Shown here: positions 1 through 11,830 of the stretch, piece after piece
Layout of the letters: each line of letters starts with the position of its first letter
Numbering within the stretch: position 1 is the first letter of the stretch
Assembly: GCF_006345805.1 (NCBI RefSeq)
Contig: NC_043010.1
Location: forward strand, 13,144,001 to 13,208,000
DNA from: Octopus sinensis
Lineage: Eukaryota
Direction: 5' to 3'
Length of the DNA: 64,000 bases
Program-made: the position numbers and the translations under genes
The notes under the pieces: generated by a model
Told to the model about the DNA's origin: nothing
Seen by the model: the letters and a program-made list of their open reading frames with translations, nothing else
Databases searched by the model: none

Positions 1-591
1 GCCCTCACTTGACAACTGATGCTGGCGTAGTTATGTTCCTGTAACTTAGCAGTTCGGCAAAAGAGGCCGATAGAATAAGTACAAAGAATAAGTCCTGGGA
101 TTGGTTTCTTCGACTAACACCCTTTAAGGTAGTGCTCCAACATGACCGCAGTCAAATGACTGAAACAAGTAAAAGGATAAAAAATAAAAGAATGTGTGTG
201 TGTGTGTGTTTCTGTGTGTGAATGTGTGTGTGTGTGTATATAAATGTGTCTTTGTGTGTGTATCTTTGTGTTTGAGTTCCTGCCTTCCACCACTTGACAA
301 CTGGAGTTGTTTTGTCTAGACACATGTAACTTATCAATTTAGCAAATAAGACCGATAGGATAAATACTGGACTTAAAAGAAAGCAAGTACTGTCCCAAGA
401 ACAGGGACAGTCCATCTCAATGGACTTCTAGACAGTTTCCATCAACTTATATCTTACACATAGAGAAATTGAACATGAAACCTCCAGTTCAAAATCAACT
501 TTCTAACTACATGACAATGTCTGTTCCCAGTTATCAACATCTCCGTTTGTTGATATACATTGAATATAAGGAATTTCATAGAATGCTTTAC

Positions 592-741
592 CTTTTTAGC
601 TGTTGGTATCTTCACTGTAGTGGTTGATGCTTTCCATTCATTTGGTGGCTCAACAACAAAGTAAAAGAGACTGGCTGACTTCCTTAGGTGTGAGTACCTC
701 TTCTCAGCAGGATTTCTTATGAAGGCAAAAGGGTTGTTTGT
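592..741 (-). CDS. Internal coding exon (repeat exon D) of an uncharacterised spliced gene; TNNPFAFIRNPAEKRYSHLRKSASLFYFVVEPPNEWKASTTTVKIPTAKK
   Basis: 150 nt, phase 0-0. Acceptor tatttttag|ACA, donor AAG|gtaaag. No stop codon. Contains the FYFV.EP.NEWKASTT motif shared with three other exons. Confidence 0.8.
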
Positions 742-819
742 CTAAAAATAAAACCAGATTCTCGCTTTGTGTTCAATGCAATTTATAAAATAACAATAAC
801 AACAACAACAAAAAAATAA

Positions 820-868
<49 letters not shown>

Positions 869-1951
869 TGCATTCTAGGGTGAAGCCTCAGCTCAGGAAT
901 GTGGAGTTAGCTCCTAGTTACCACTTCTCCCAGATCTACTCATTCCTGTGGTGGTGTTATGGGTCAAATAACAGAAGATGATCCTGTGAGTAAGGCAATG
1001 CATGACTCAAAAAAAGAATGGCCCCTATGCATGTGTCTATACACAGGCCCATCTGTATGTGGAAATGCCTTGATTCCATGTGAACCAGTTCCCCTGCCTA
1101 TGGATTAGATAGGCCCTGTGTGCCAAGGGTAAACTTGAGAGAACAAGAGACAAAAGGTGTAAACTGTAAATAAGCCAGCAGAAGTCTACCACTCCTGGAA
1201 TCTTTCTCAACAGAACTCACAAATCTTCAGATTTTAGGCTCTTGATTGTTGATGTCTGTCAGGATGGCACATGAGAAAAGAAATAATTAAAAACGTCTAC
1301 TTTATTTTTTCATAATTAAAAACTAAATTTGAATTTTTTCATTGCTGAGTTAGAAATTTTATAAATGATGAATTTTTTGAGTTTTGCAGGAATGCTTCAA
1401 CCAGCTATTTACAGACAGAACAGGGCATCTACATGATTACCTAGCCTGCTAGGAATAGCAGTCAAACCCTCCTCAAATTATGATTCATGTGGCCAACAAA
1501 GAATAACTGGGAGTTAAACTTACAGTTGTGTACAATGTGTGTGTGTGTTTGTATGTATATGTATATATGTGTGTGTGCATATGTATATGTGTATATGTAT
1601 ATATATGGAAGGGAAAATTATAAGGCAGAATGCTAAATTGAAAGTAAATTTTGATAAAAATGGGTGTATGAAAAATTAAGAAAGAAAAAATAATAAATCA
1701 AACCGGTTTTCATTGCAAGGTAAATTTTCAAGATTTGGAAGGGGGAAAATTTTTTTTTTTAAACTGAGGAAGGGGAAAAATAAATTTACATTTAAAATAC
1801 ATGCATCCTAACCCTCCAAAGAAGTTTTTCCAAGGACTATTCTTGAACTCTAAAAGCATAAAGACTCTACAATGGATTGGTATACTTATTAATTTTTGTA
1901 TATATGTATTATTTTTTTGAAAAAACATTGTAAATTTCTTTTTCCCCTTCC

Positions 1952-2296
1952 TCATCATCATCATCATCATCGTTTAGCGTCCGCTTTCCATGCTAGCATG
2001 GGTTAGATGGTTCAACTGGTGTCTGGGAAGCCAGAAGGCTGCACCAGGCCCAGTTTGATCTGGCAATGTTTCTACGACTGGATGCCCTTCCTAACGCCAA
2101 CCACTCCATGAGTGTAGTGGGTGCTTTTTACGTGCCACCGGACGGGGGCCAGGCGAGGCTGGCAATGGCCACGAACGGATGGTGCTTTTTACGTGCCACC
2201 GACATGAGGCCAGTCGGGGCGGTGCTGGCAACGGCCACATTCGGATGGTTCTCTTACGTGCCACCGGCACTGGTAACTCAGCTGCAATTTCCATAG
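1952..2296 (-). mobile_element. RTE-clade LINE 3' end (5'-truncated)
   Basis: (ATG)n tail and 3' UTR shared with the RT-bearing copy at 11831-13280. Near-duplicated target tttttcccc(c)ttcc on both sides. Confidence 0.8.
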
Positions 2297-2313
2297 AATT
2301 TTTCCCCCCTTCC

Positions 2314-2355
2314 AAATCTTGAAAATTTGCCTTGCCTTGAAAACCGGTTTGATTT
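2314..2355 (+). ncRNA. Minimal hammerhead-ribozyme-like motif, U3-A8 variant (mirror copy 1695-1736 on minus)
   Basis: AAATC-TTGAAAA-[stem II]-GAAAA-CCGG-TTT-GATTT. Stem I is AAATC/GATTT; stem III is the palindrome AACCGGTT. Confidence 0.55.
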
Positions 2356-2562
2356 ATTATTTTTTCTTTCTTAATTTTTCATACGCCCATTTTTATAAAA
2401 ATTTACTTTCAATTTAGCATTCTGCCTTATAATTTTTCCTTTCCTATCATTTTTCCACGTGCGGTTAACACAACCCCACTATTTACTGATTTGTATATAT
2501 ATGTATACACATATGCATATATGGATGTTTAAATATATGCATATATGCTTGCAATTTTTTAC

Positions 2563-2670
2563 CTGTTGCATTGGTAGACTTCTTGATGTACTTGAAGCAA
2601 TCCATTTATTTTGTGGTTCAAGTACAAAGTAGAATTGACTTGTTGATTCGGTCAATTGAGAATCATTGGT
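2563..2670 (-). CDS. Internal coding exon (repeat exon C); TNDSQLTESTSQFYFVLEPQNKWIASSTSRSLPMQQ
   Basis: 108 nt, phase 0-0. Acceptor ttctttccag|ACC, donor CAG|gtaaaa. Paralogous motif SQFYFVLEPQNKW. Confidence 0.85.
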
Positions 2671-2802
2671 CTGGAAAGAAAAATAAGAAGAAAAAACAAA
2701 TATGATGAGAAGGTTAAGAAACCACTTCTAAAAGAGAGCAATGTCAAATACATTTCATGGTACAAATCATCATAAAATATATATATACAAAATTTTTGTA
2801 TA

Positions 2803-3150
2803 CTAGCACTATATATATAGTGCTAGTGCATGCATATACAGCTGCGTGCGTGCGCATATGCACGTGAGTGCTGTCCAAATCTCTGACCAATCACATACAA
2901 CTAGCTGGCATTCAATTGGCGTATCAAGTTTCGGGCATTTTGATTGGGTTTTGGATAGAAAATTCATAAAAAAGTCACTTCTATTGAATTTTTAATGGCT
3001 TTGCGGGGTGACTGGGGAAATGTAAAGATGTGCACGACCACCCTTGGATGGTTTTGAATGACCATAGAAAGTGCAGCCCACTAACTGAAAAATTGTGGAT
3101 TTGTATAAAGGACACACACACAGACATTTTGCCGTTTATATATATAGAGA
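2803..3150 (-). mobile_element. Non-autonomous Helitron
   Basis: Minus strand A|TCTCTATATATATAAA..TGTCTGTG ... CTAG|T: TC and CTAG termini in an AT target, no TSD. Terminal palindrome ctagcactatatatatagtgctag. Confidence 0.6.
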
Positions 3151-3324
3151 TATGTTTTGATTACAATAGGTCCCTATTTCCTTATGTTGTAAGAAGTTAC
3201 TAAAAGATTGAATATTCTCATCCAACTCCAACCAGTTTATAACTTATTCTATTATACTTTTACATGTTTCATTCATTAGACTGTGGCCATGCTGGGGCAC
3301 TATCCTGTTAAAAAAAAGAAATGT

Positions 3325-3437
3325 TGTCCTGGGAGAGGCTTGAATTCACAACCTCCGCATTTCTTTAAACTTGAGAATAAACACAAGGAAGGTGCTGTCT
3401 ATAAGTATGGTGCACTAACCAATTATGCCACCAGGGG
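3325..3437 (-). pseudogene. tRNA-Ile(TAT) pseudogene retaining its intron
   Basis: CCCCTGGTGGCATAATTGGTTAGTGCACCATACTTATA-[~39-nt intron]-ATGCGGAGGTTGTGAATTCAAGCCTCTCCCAGGACA matches the architecture of metazoan intron-containing tRNA-Ile(UAU). CpG-type decay and acceptor-stem mismatches. T-run immediately downstream. Confidence 0.75.
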
Positions 3438-3469
3438 ATATAAAATGTTGATGATAAGGATCATCATCA

Positions 3470-4045
3470 AAATCATCACCATCATCATTTAATGCCCATT
3501 CTCCATGCTGTGGAGGCACATGGCCTAGTGGTTAGAGCAGCGGACTCACGGTCAAGGGATCATGGGTTCGAATCTCAGACCGAATGATGTGTGTGTTTAT
3601 GAGCGAAAACACCTAAGTTCCACGTGGCTCTGGCAGAAGGTATTGGCGAAACTTCTGCTGACTCTTTCACCACAACTTTCTCTCACTCTTTCCTCCTGCA
3701 TCTTGCAGCTCACCTGCGATGGACCGGCGTCCCGTCCAGGTGGGGAACCTATATGCCAAGAAACCGGGAAACTGACCCTTATGAACCAGGCATGGCTCGA
3801 GAAGAAAATAAACAAAATTCTCCATGCTGGCATCGGTTAGATAGCTTGACAGGAACTGGTAAGGCCGGAGGCCTCACCAAGTTCCAAAGTCTGTTTTGGC
3901 TTGATTTCTACAACTGGATACCCTTCTTAACGCTAACCACTTTACAGAGTGTACTGGGTGCTTTTTATGTGGAACCATCAGCCATGCTTTTTGCATGGAA
4001 CCAGCACCAATGCTTTTTATGTGGCACCAGCACCAGTGCAAACTC
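3470..4045 (-). mobile_element. Old RTE 3' fragment interrupted by a SINE
   Basis: Divergent match to the RTE 3' UTR on both sides of the 3511-3816 insertion. Confidence 0.6.
3511..3816 (+). mobile_element. tRNA-derived SINE, family B
   Basis: A box TGGCCTAGTGG, B box GGTTCGAATC. 13-bp TSD attctccatgctg (3498-3510 / 3817-3829). Confidence 0.85.
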
Positions 4046-4046
4046 A

Positions 4047-4315
4047 TTAAAAAAAAATAAAATATAAATGCGCCCTTTTAAATCCTAGCCAGGCTCATGG
4101 GCCCGGTTTCCCGGTTTCAATGGCGTATGCATTCCCCAGCTGGATGGGACACCAGTCCATCGCAGTGTTACTCATTTTTGCCAGCTGAGTGGACTGGAAC
4201 AACGTGAAATGAAGTGTTTTGCTCAAGAACACAACGCGTCGCCCAGTCCAGGAATCGAAACTAAAATCTTACGATCATGATGCTGACACCCTAACCACTA
4301 AGCCACACGCCTCCA
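4047..4315 (-). mobile_element. tRNA-derived SINE, family C (CORE-like body)
   Basis: A/B boxes and tgtgttcttgagcaaaacactt block. TSD tgcaaactca (4037-4046 / 4316-4325). Confidence 0.8.
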
Positions 4316-4546
4316 TGCAAACTCACTTATGAAATCATTTGAATATTTTATTTATTAATTGGCTAGTTCCTTATTAGATCAAATGTATGTTCAGCCTCTA
4401 GGTTTTTACTCGCTAGAAAATACAACCAAATCTCCCTCGAATTAAATCCTATCATAATAAAAATATATATATTTTGGATCTTCTTCTTCTTCTTCTTCTT
4501 CATCTTCTTCTTAGGAATGAGAACCCAGGTTCGAAATTTCCCCAAG

Positions 4547-4590
4547 ACACCTGATGAAGGCTGGAGGGTATATCTGTTGAAACGTTGTGT
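4547..4590 (+). ncRNA. Minimal hammerhead-ribozyme-like motif (C3-G8) in a short Penelope-like remnant (~4480-4640)
   Basis: ACAC-CTGATGA-A-GGCTG..CTGTT-GAAAC-GTT-GTGT. Stem I ACAC/GTGT, palindromic stem III AACGTT, stem II partly decayed. Confidence 0.6.
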
Positions 4591-4944
4591 TAACAACAAA
4601 CAAGATGAGGACAAATATCCGTCAAATGTAAATAATGTATATTACAAACCTTTCCCCTATTTAACTGTTCTTGGACACTATATACCTGCTCTGTCTTAAT
4701 AATTTTGGGATCTACACTCTGACTCTCATACAGATGGTAGGTGCCAAGCCAAATACAAATGAGACATACATAACAGCTAGTTTACTTTTTAAATCTATCT
4801 CTACAGAAATAGAAATTAGAACCATCACTGGTTTCAAAGACAGAAAAATAGATAACGGATGTATACGTATATTTCAGGAATTCTGCTCCTTCTTTGGCTT
4901 CACATCCAACCCATTAACCATCTATGAACACATTGCTTAAACAA

Positions 4945-5100
4945 CCCCCACTGCATAACTGGTACTTAATTTATCGACCCCGAATGGATGAAAGGCAAAG
5001 TCGACCTCAGCAGAATTTGAACTCAGAACGTAACGCCAGACGAAATACTGCTAAGCATTTCGCATGGCGTGCTAACGTTTCTGCCAGCTCGCCGCCCTTA
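4945..5100 (-). mobile_element. SINE family D (Nin-domain-like), partial
   Basis: ctggtactt..atcgacccc..ggatgaaaggcaaagtcgac block, same as the copy at 35488-35720. Confidence 0.7.
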
Positions 5101-5267
5101 AACACACGCACCTTTAATGTAATTATCAGCACAACAAAGCATATGACAAGACAGGGCATTTTTTAATTACATGTACAATCCATCAGATGGGCTTCAGCAC
5201 AGTTTCCTGTCAACCCAATTTCACTCATAAGGCTTGAGTGAAGTTGAAGCTAAGGCAAAAGACACTT

Positions 5268-5552
5268 CATGGAGGCATATGGCCTAGTGGTTAGAGCAGC
5301 GGACTCACGGTCGAGGGATCGTGTCTTCGAATCTCAGACCGGGCAATGTGTGTGGTTATGAGCGAAACACCTAAGTTCCACGTGGCTCCGGCAGAAGGTA
5401 ATGTTGAACTTCTGCTAACTCTTTTGCCACAAACTTTCTCTCACTCTTTCCTCCTGCGATGGACCGGCGTCCCGTCCAGGTGGGGAACCTATACACCACG
5501 GAAACCAGGAAACCAGCCCTTATGAGCCAGGCATGGTTCAAGAAGAAAGAAA
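5268..5552 (+). mobile_element. tRNA-derived SINE, family B, nested in an old family-A SINE
   Basis: Highly similar to 3511-3816. 12-bp TSD caaaagacactt (5256-5267 / 5553-5564). Confidence 0.85.
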
Positions 5553-6006
5553 CAAAAGACACTTGCTAGATTTGCCACACATTGGGACTGGACCTGGATT
5601 TTCATGATTGTGAAATGAACTTTCCATCCGTTCAACTATGCAACAGCATTTGATAGATAATAAAATAATAATGAACTCACTGTATACAGTGCTCAGGTAC
5701 ACTACAACTCACCAGAAAAAGGGACCAAAACTACATGATCAGCAATATAGAATATGCACAGGAAGTAAAGAGTGAATATTCTTCCATTCTTTCATTCTTT
5801 TATTCTTTTACTTGTTTCAGTCATTTTGACTACAGCCATGCTAGAGTACCGCCTTTAGTCAAACAAATCGAACCCAAGACTTATTCTTTGTAAGCCTAGT
5901 ACTTATTCTAACAGTCTCTTTTGCTGAACCACTAAGTTACAGAAACATAAACACACCAACATCGGTTGTCAAGCGATAGTGGAGGGACAAACACAGACAT
6001 AGAAAT

Positions 6007-6048
<42 letters not shown>

Positions 6049-6150
6049 AATTTAGGGTAGCAAAAAAATTCAATAGAAATTTATCGCTACCAGCGGCCTG
6101 GTGGAAAAGAGAAAGTAGTCATCGACTAAATATATAATATCTCCCAGGTT

Positions 6151-6249
6151 TTTTACTGATGAAGTGTAACCTATGGTAGATTAGCTTAATTTAATTTAAT
6201 TAAGCTAATTTAATCATTAATGACACAGAAACGTTGCAACGTCCTAAAA
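6151..6249 (+). ncRNA. Hammerhead-ribozyme-like motif, copy 1
   Basis: TTTTA-CTGATGA-A-GTGT...ACAC-A-GAAAC-GTTGCAAC-GTC-(C)TAAAA. Confidence 0.55.
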
Positions 6250-6619
6250 GATGAATTAGGGTAAATGTTTTTAAATTTTCACCTAATTTCTGAATTACTA
6301 CTACTTGGCGGTGGGAGTTATGGCTGCTATTTCTGGTGACGAGTGACCGTTAGGGTCACTCCTAAATTGTTATATTACTATATTAGCCGATGACTACTTT
6401 CTCTTTTCCACCAGGCCGCTGGTAGCGATAAATTTATTGAATTTTTTTGCTACCCTAAATTGACTAATTGATAATTTTCTGATTAATTCTGAGATTGAAT
6501 CGGCAGTTTATATTTACTGCTGATAAGTTTGGCGCGAATACGTCAGTCTTGAAAAATTTAAGACAGATAGCCGTAGGCATCGATACAGACGCCTCGTGTA
6601 TATTTGTCTCTCCCAGGTT

Positions 6620-6715
6620 TTTTACTGATGAAGTGTAACCTATGGTGAGATTAGCTTAATTAATTTAATTAAGCTAATTAATCATTAATGGACAGAAACG
6701 TTGCAACGTCTAAAA
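6620..6715 (+). ncRNA. Hammerhead-ribozyme-like motif, copy 2
   Basis: TTTTA-CTGATGA...GAAAC-GTTGCAAC-GTC-TAAAA. Stem I TTTTA/TAAAA, 12-nt palindromic stem III ACGTTGCAACGT, GUC cleavage triplet. Confidence 0.6.
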
Positions 6716-6863
6716 GATGAATTAGGGTAAATGTTTTTAAATTTTCACCTAATTTCTAATTACTACTACTTGGCGGTGTGAGTTATGGCTGCTCTTTTGG
6801 TGGACGAGTGACCTGTTAGGGTCACTCCTAATTGTTATATATATATATATATATATATACATA

Positions 6864-7030
6864 TATAAACGAGAAGAGAAGCAACAAGAATGGATTAGTT
6901 TATAATCTCGTTTATAATCACCCCACATTACTGTATGGTTAACACCATATAGTATTTCTGGTGCATCTAAGTTAAGTACCACATTCAAGTAAATTCATTG
7001 GAATTTACTTGAATCTTAATTGCTTTGATT
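6864..7030. mobile_element. Short (TA)n-flanked repeat, probable Penelope-like end; second copy ~40400-40548
   Basis: Both loci share tataatcacccca..aacaccata..ctggtgcatctaa.ttaagtacca and have a 5' fold-back. Confidence 0.5.
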
Positions 7031-7616
7031 ATATACATATATATATATACATATATATATATCACATCATCGTCATTTAACATCCGCTTTCCATGCTAGC
7101 ATGGGTTGGACGATTTGACTGAGGTCTGGCAAACCAGACTCCAATCTGATCTGGCAGAGTTTCTACAGCTGGATGCCCTTCTTAACGCCAACCACACCGA
7201 GAGTGTAGTGGGTGCTTTTACAAAGGCCAGTTTGGTGGTACTGGCAATGGCCACACCCAAATGGTGCTTTTTATGTGCCACCTGCACAGGGGCCAGTCCA
7301 GCGGCATATATATATATTACAAAGCTTTGGTCAGTCTGAGGCTATAGTAGAAGACACTTGCCCAAGGTGCCACACAGTGGGACTGAATCTGGAACCATGT
7401 GGTTGGGAAGCCAGGTTCTTTCCACACAGCCACTCATTAAAAATAAAGTTATCAAAGGTTAATTTCTTCTGCTCCTAGAGTCTCTATCATGGGAGGCTAT
7501 CCAAAGCTGATTTCCTAGATCTGACAATTCATTTGATATTATATTACTATAAAATAAACTAAATCCCTAATTCTCTCTTTTACTTTTATATATGCAAATT
7601 TGGGCAGTTATTACTT

Positions 7617-8260
7617 AACATAAGAGTGTAAGTACCTTGAGAGAAAAGTTGAACATAAGAAGCATCAGATGTGGTGTGCAAGCAAGAGAGACGACTACGC
7701 TGGTATGGTCATGTGGCGAGAATGGATGAGGACAGCTGTGTGAAAAAGTGCCACACCCTAGCGGTTGAGGGAACCTGTGGAAGAGGTAGACCCAGGAAGA
7801 CCTGGGATGCAGAGGTGAAGCACAACCTTTGAACTTAAAAGGCACCATTCGAGCGTGATCATTACCAGCGTCACCTTACTGGCACTCGAGCCCCGTGCTA
7901 GTAAGGTATTAAGAGCATCATCCAAGCGTGATCGTTGCCAGAGCAGCCATCTGGCCTCTGTGCTGGTGGCATGTAAAAGACACCATTCGAGCGTGATCGT
8001 TACCAGCATCGCCTTACTGGCACCTGTGCCAGTGGCATGTGTAAAAGATTCGAGCGAGGTCATTGCCAGTACCACCTGACTGGCCTCGTGTCGGTAGCAT
8101 GTAAAAAGCAACCACTACACTCTCGGAGCGGTTGGCGTTAGGAGGGCATCCAGCTGTAGAAACTCTGCCAGATCAAGATTGAAGCCTGGTGCAGCCATCT
8201 GGTTCGCCAACCCTCAGTCATTCATCCAACCCATGCTAGCATGGAAAGCGGACGTTAAAC

Positions 8261-8292
<32 letters not shown>
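7617..8292 (+). mobile_element. RTE-clade LINE 3' fragment
   Basis: Encodes the RRLRWYGHVARMDED..RGRPRKTW C-terminal motif; 3' UTR and (ATG)n tail. Confidence 0.85.
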
Positions 8293-8293
<1 letters not shown>

Positions 8294-8734
8294 AAGACAA
8301 TTGATTCGCAGATAACAATCCCATAATTTTTCACAAAGGAACTGGATTTTCCAGCATACAAGCCAGAATTTATAAGCATTGTCCCTATCTTTCCAAATCC
8401 TGCTGCATTTCACATAGAATTTTTGGTCCTCCAGAGTTGTCTTGGTGCAGAAGTCTATCTACCATTTTTGGGGGCTGTGAATTTTGGTCTGAAAAATTTA
8501 ACATGTGTGCCAGAAAATATGGTAAACTAAAGTCCTAAACAATTGTTTTTACAGTCAACAATTGATTATTTTTTGGCAACTCTGTTGTCTGAAACAGATT
8601 ACTGTAGTTGATGGCATATAAGACATTTAAAAAAAAACAAAATGTTTCTTAAAATTACCCCAGGTCTTATATGCAAATTTGGGTCTCCTGTGAGCTACTT
8701 TTGTTTCTGATGCTCGCTTTTTCTTAAATATGCT

Positions 8735-8994
8735 CTACCGGTGGCACGAAAAAAGCACCAACCGATCGTAGCCGTTGCCAGCCTCACCTAGCACCTGTGC
8801 CAGTGGCACGTAAAAAGCACCCACTACATTCACAGAGTGGTTGGCATTAGGAAGGGCATCCAGCTGTAGAAACACTGCCAGATCTGACTGGGCCTGGTGC
8901 AGCCTCCTGGCTTCCCAGACCCCAATCGAACCGTCCAACCCATGCTAGCATGGAAAGCAGACGTTAAACGATGATGATGATGATGATGATGATG
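8735..8994 (+). mobile_element. RTE 3' end
   Basis: Shared 3' UTR and (ATG)n tail. Confidence 0.8.
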
Positions 8995-9423
8995 CTCAAA
9001 GTGGGGGAGCATGTAATATCCTTTCTACAATAAACCCAGCACTGAAGTTTGGAGAAGGTGAGAGTGAGTAATCAATCACAACCCCAGTACAAGACTGGTA
9101 CTTACTTTACTGACCCCAAAAGGTTGAAAGGCAAAGTCGACTACAGTGGAATTTGAACTTAGAATGTACAGAAGGACAAAATGCTGCTAAGCATCTGGAT
9201 CAGCATCTTTTATGGCATCAAATGTAGTTATAAGACACTATTATCTAAAACATACGACTAATCTGGCCTTGTGGTTGTGTGGTAAGTAGCTTGCTAACCA
9301 ACCACATAGTTCCGGGTTCAGTCCCACTGCGTGGCATCTTGGGCAAGTGTCTTCTACTATAGCCCTGGGCCGACCAATGCCTTGTGAGTGGATCTGGTAG
9401 ACGGAAACTGAATGAAGCCTGTC

Positions 9424-9461
<38 letters not shown>

Positions 9462-9663
9462 GTGTGTGTGTGTGTGTGGTGTGTGTGTGTGTATATGTTT
9501 GTGTGTCTGTGTTTGTTCCCCTAGCATTGCTTGACAACCGATGCTGGTGTGTTTACGTCCCCGTAACTTAGCAGTGCAGCACACAGATGTAATAAGTTAC
9601 ACCTACAAATAGACAGGACTACATATCAAATAACTCTGTAAGTTATGCTTATAATAGTCATCA

Positions 9664-9999
9664 GTGAAGGCACATGGCTCAGTGGTTAAAGTGTCGGGCT
9701 TACGATTGTGAGGTTGTGAGTTCGATTCCCGGACCGGGCTGCGTGTTGTGTTCTTGAGCAAGACACTTTATTTCACGTTGCTCCAGTTAACTCAGCTGTA
9801 GAAATGAGATGCGACATCACAGGTGCCAAGCTGTATCAGCCCCTTTGCCTTTCCCTTGGAGAACATTGGTGGCATGGAGAGAGGAGGCTGGTATGCATGG
9901 GCGACTGCTGGTCTTCCATAAACAACCTTGCCCGGACTTGTACCTCGGAGGGTAACCTTCTAGGTGCAATCCCATTCATGACCGAAGGAGGTCTCCCCC
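9664..9999 (+). mobile_element. tRNA-derived SINE with family-C-type head and a distinct 3' body; related copy ~38220-38523 (-)
   Basis: A/B boxes and CORE-like block. 11-bp TSD aatagtcatca (9653-9663 / 10000-10010). Confidence 0.8.
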
Positions 10000-10606
10000 A
10001 ATAGTCATCACCATCATTGATCACTTTTCCACTTTTTAAGGATAAATTTTCCATGCTTGCATGGGTTGGACAGAGATTATTGAGGCAGATTTTATACAAC
10101 TTGATGTCATTCCTGCCACCAACTCTCACCTAGTTCCAAACAAGGTAATATTTCCGCATAACCAGGCATGTTTCTGCAGGAAATTGGAAATAAATTACTC
10201 TGCTTGTATGACAACAACACACATCACACACTATCAAGACAAGAAGACACAAGCATGTACATGCACAAATACACAAACACACACACACATGACAGGCTTC
10301 TTCTAGTTTCCTTCAACCAAATCCACTCACAAGGCTTTGGTTGGCATGGACTGAACCAAGAGCCCAGTGACTAGGGAGAAAACCTCTTAACCACACAGCC
10401 ACACCTGTGCCCATAGCCATGCTTGCTCCTATCAGTTACAAATTTACTGTCAGAGGGTTTCTGGTTTTGTGGTACCAAATCCATACATGCTATTGTTTGG
10501 AGTGATACTACAATAGTCTTCATTACATTTACTGATTGGTTTGCTTATCTGACACACTGTTGTATTTCAGTTAGTTAAATGGCTTAGCACAACACTTTCT
10601 GAAGGG

Positions 10607-10854
10607 ACATGTAGCTGAATTATTAGCATTATTTAATCCCTGATAGCAGGGGTGGATTGAGAGTATTAAGAGGCCTCGGGCGTGACTGTTCACCAGGCCC
10701 CTTAGCATTGATATCAAAGAGAGTTAACATGTAGCTGAATTATTAGCATTATTTAATCCCTGATAGCAGGGGTGGATTGAGAATATTAAGAGGCCTCGGG
10801 CATGACTGTTCACCAGGCCTCTTAGCATTGATACCAAAGAGAGTTAACATGTAG
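10607..10854. repeat. 120-bp tandem duplication covering the left end of the hAT MITE
   Basis: Two near-identical copies offset by exactly 120 bp. Confidence 0.9.
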
Positions 10855-10923
10855 ACTGCAAGCCCCTTAGAGCTTCAGGCCCTTGGGCAGTGCCCGATTG
10901 ACCAATGGCTTAGTCAACCCCAG
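10767..10923. mobile_element. hAT-type MITE
   Basis: Imperfect TIRs caggggtggattga / ttagtcaaccccag. 8-bp TSD cctgatag (10759-10766 / 10924-10931). Confidence 0.7.
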
Positions 10924-11294
10924 CCTGATAGTAACATACTGCCTGATGTAAAGAAGTACCAATGGATTTGGTGATTGCTATAAGATCGGCCACCAATTCA
11001 CTAAGTCATAAATGTTTGATATTGTTGCATTTTGGAATGGTCATTTTGCCAGTTTAGCCAATAAAAACACACGCACTATATATATTTGGTGTTACTTTGC
11101 TTCAGTGTTATTTATTTTTTACATTAAACTTAATCTTATTTCGGCCAGAGTTCTTTCGTCACACTCCTGTGACCGCATCAGTGGTCCTTTGCTTTCTTCT
11201 TTCTTATTTGTGTGGTTAAACTGGCAAAATGACCATTCCGAAATACAACAATATCTGTTTCAACACAGGATTTCACATAAAAAATCTTGCACAA

Positions 11295-11620
11295 CGAGGC
11301 TGGCACGGCCATCCGATTGTGGCCGTGCCAGCCTCGCCTGGCCTCCGTGCCGGTGGCACATAAAAAACACCATCCGAGCGTGGCCGTTTGCCAGCCTCGT
11401 CTGGCACCTGTGTCGGTGGCACATAAAAAGCACCCACTACACTCACGGAGTGGTTGGCGTTAGGAAGGGCATCCAGCTGTAGAAACACTGCCAGATCTGA
11501 CTGGCCTGGTGCAGCCTTCGGGCTTCCCAGACCCCAGTTGAACCGTCCAACCCATGCTAGCATGGAAAGCGGACGTTAAACGATGATGATGATGATGATG
11601 TGATGATGATGATGATGATG
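11295..11620 (+). mobile_element. RTE 3' end
   Basis: Shared 3' UTR with internal gtgccggtggcac..aaaaagcacc subrepeats; (ATG)n tail. Confidence 0.8.
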
Positions 11621-11830
11621 TTTGATAATGGCAATTGATGTAACACCTGAGAGTATGAAATGTGGTGATAAGTCTCTTACACCCTTCGGTATCCAAGTCC
11701 CCATATGAATTATGCTATAGGTATCACTCAGCATGTTATATCAATGCTCTGAATTATACTTGCAGGATAATTCTTGCAGAGAGCTGAATGTTGGTGAAGC
11801 ACTGCCAATGATCAGAGTTCATAAGGTACT

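Larger units (their letters stand above)
1608..2493. mobile_element. Penelope-like fold-back remnant (~140-bp inverted arms 1608-1750 / 2297-2444 plus tail), interrupted by an RTE 3' fragment
   Basis: Arms are reverse complements of each other and flanked by (TA)n. Each arm holds a hammerhead-like motif. Confidence 0.65.
6045..6838 (+). mobile_element. ORF-less Penelope-like/retrozyme-like element: inverted A + B + A + C + B
   Basis: Inverted repeat ~6045-6130 / ~6385-6466 and direct repeat ~6140-6375 / ~6609-6838. Hammerhead motif in each direct repeat; (TA)n on both flanks. Confidence 0.7.

Noticed and set aside
1231-1265. 35-nt segment with cag/gtgagt splice-like ends between exons C and D
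   Set aside because: Not a multiple of 3; it would frameshift exon D.
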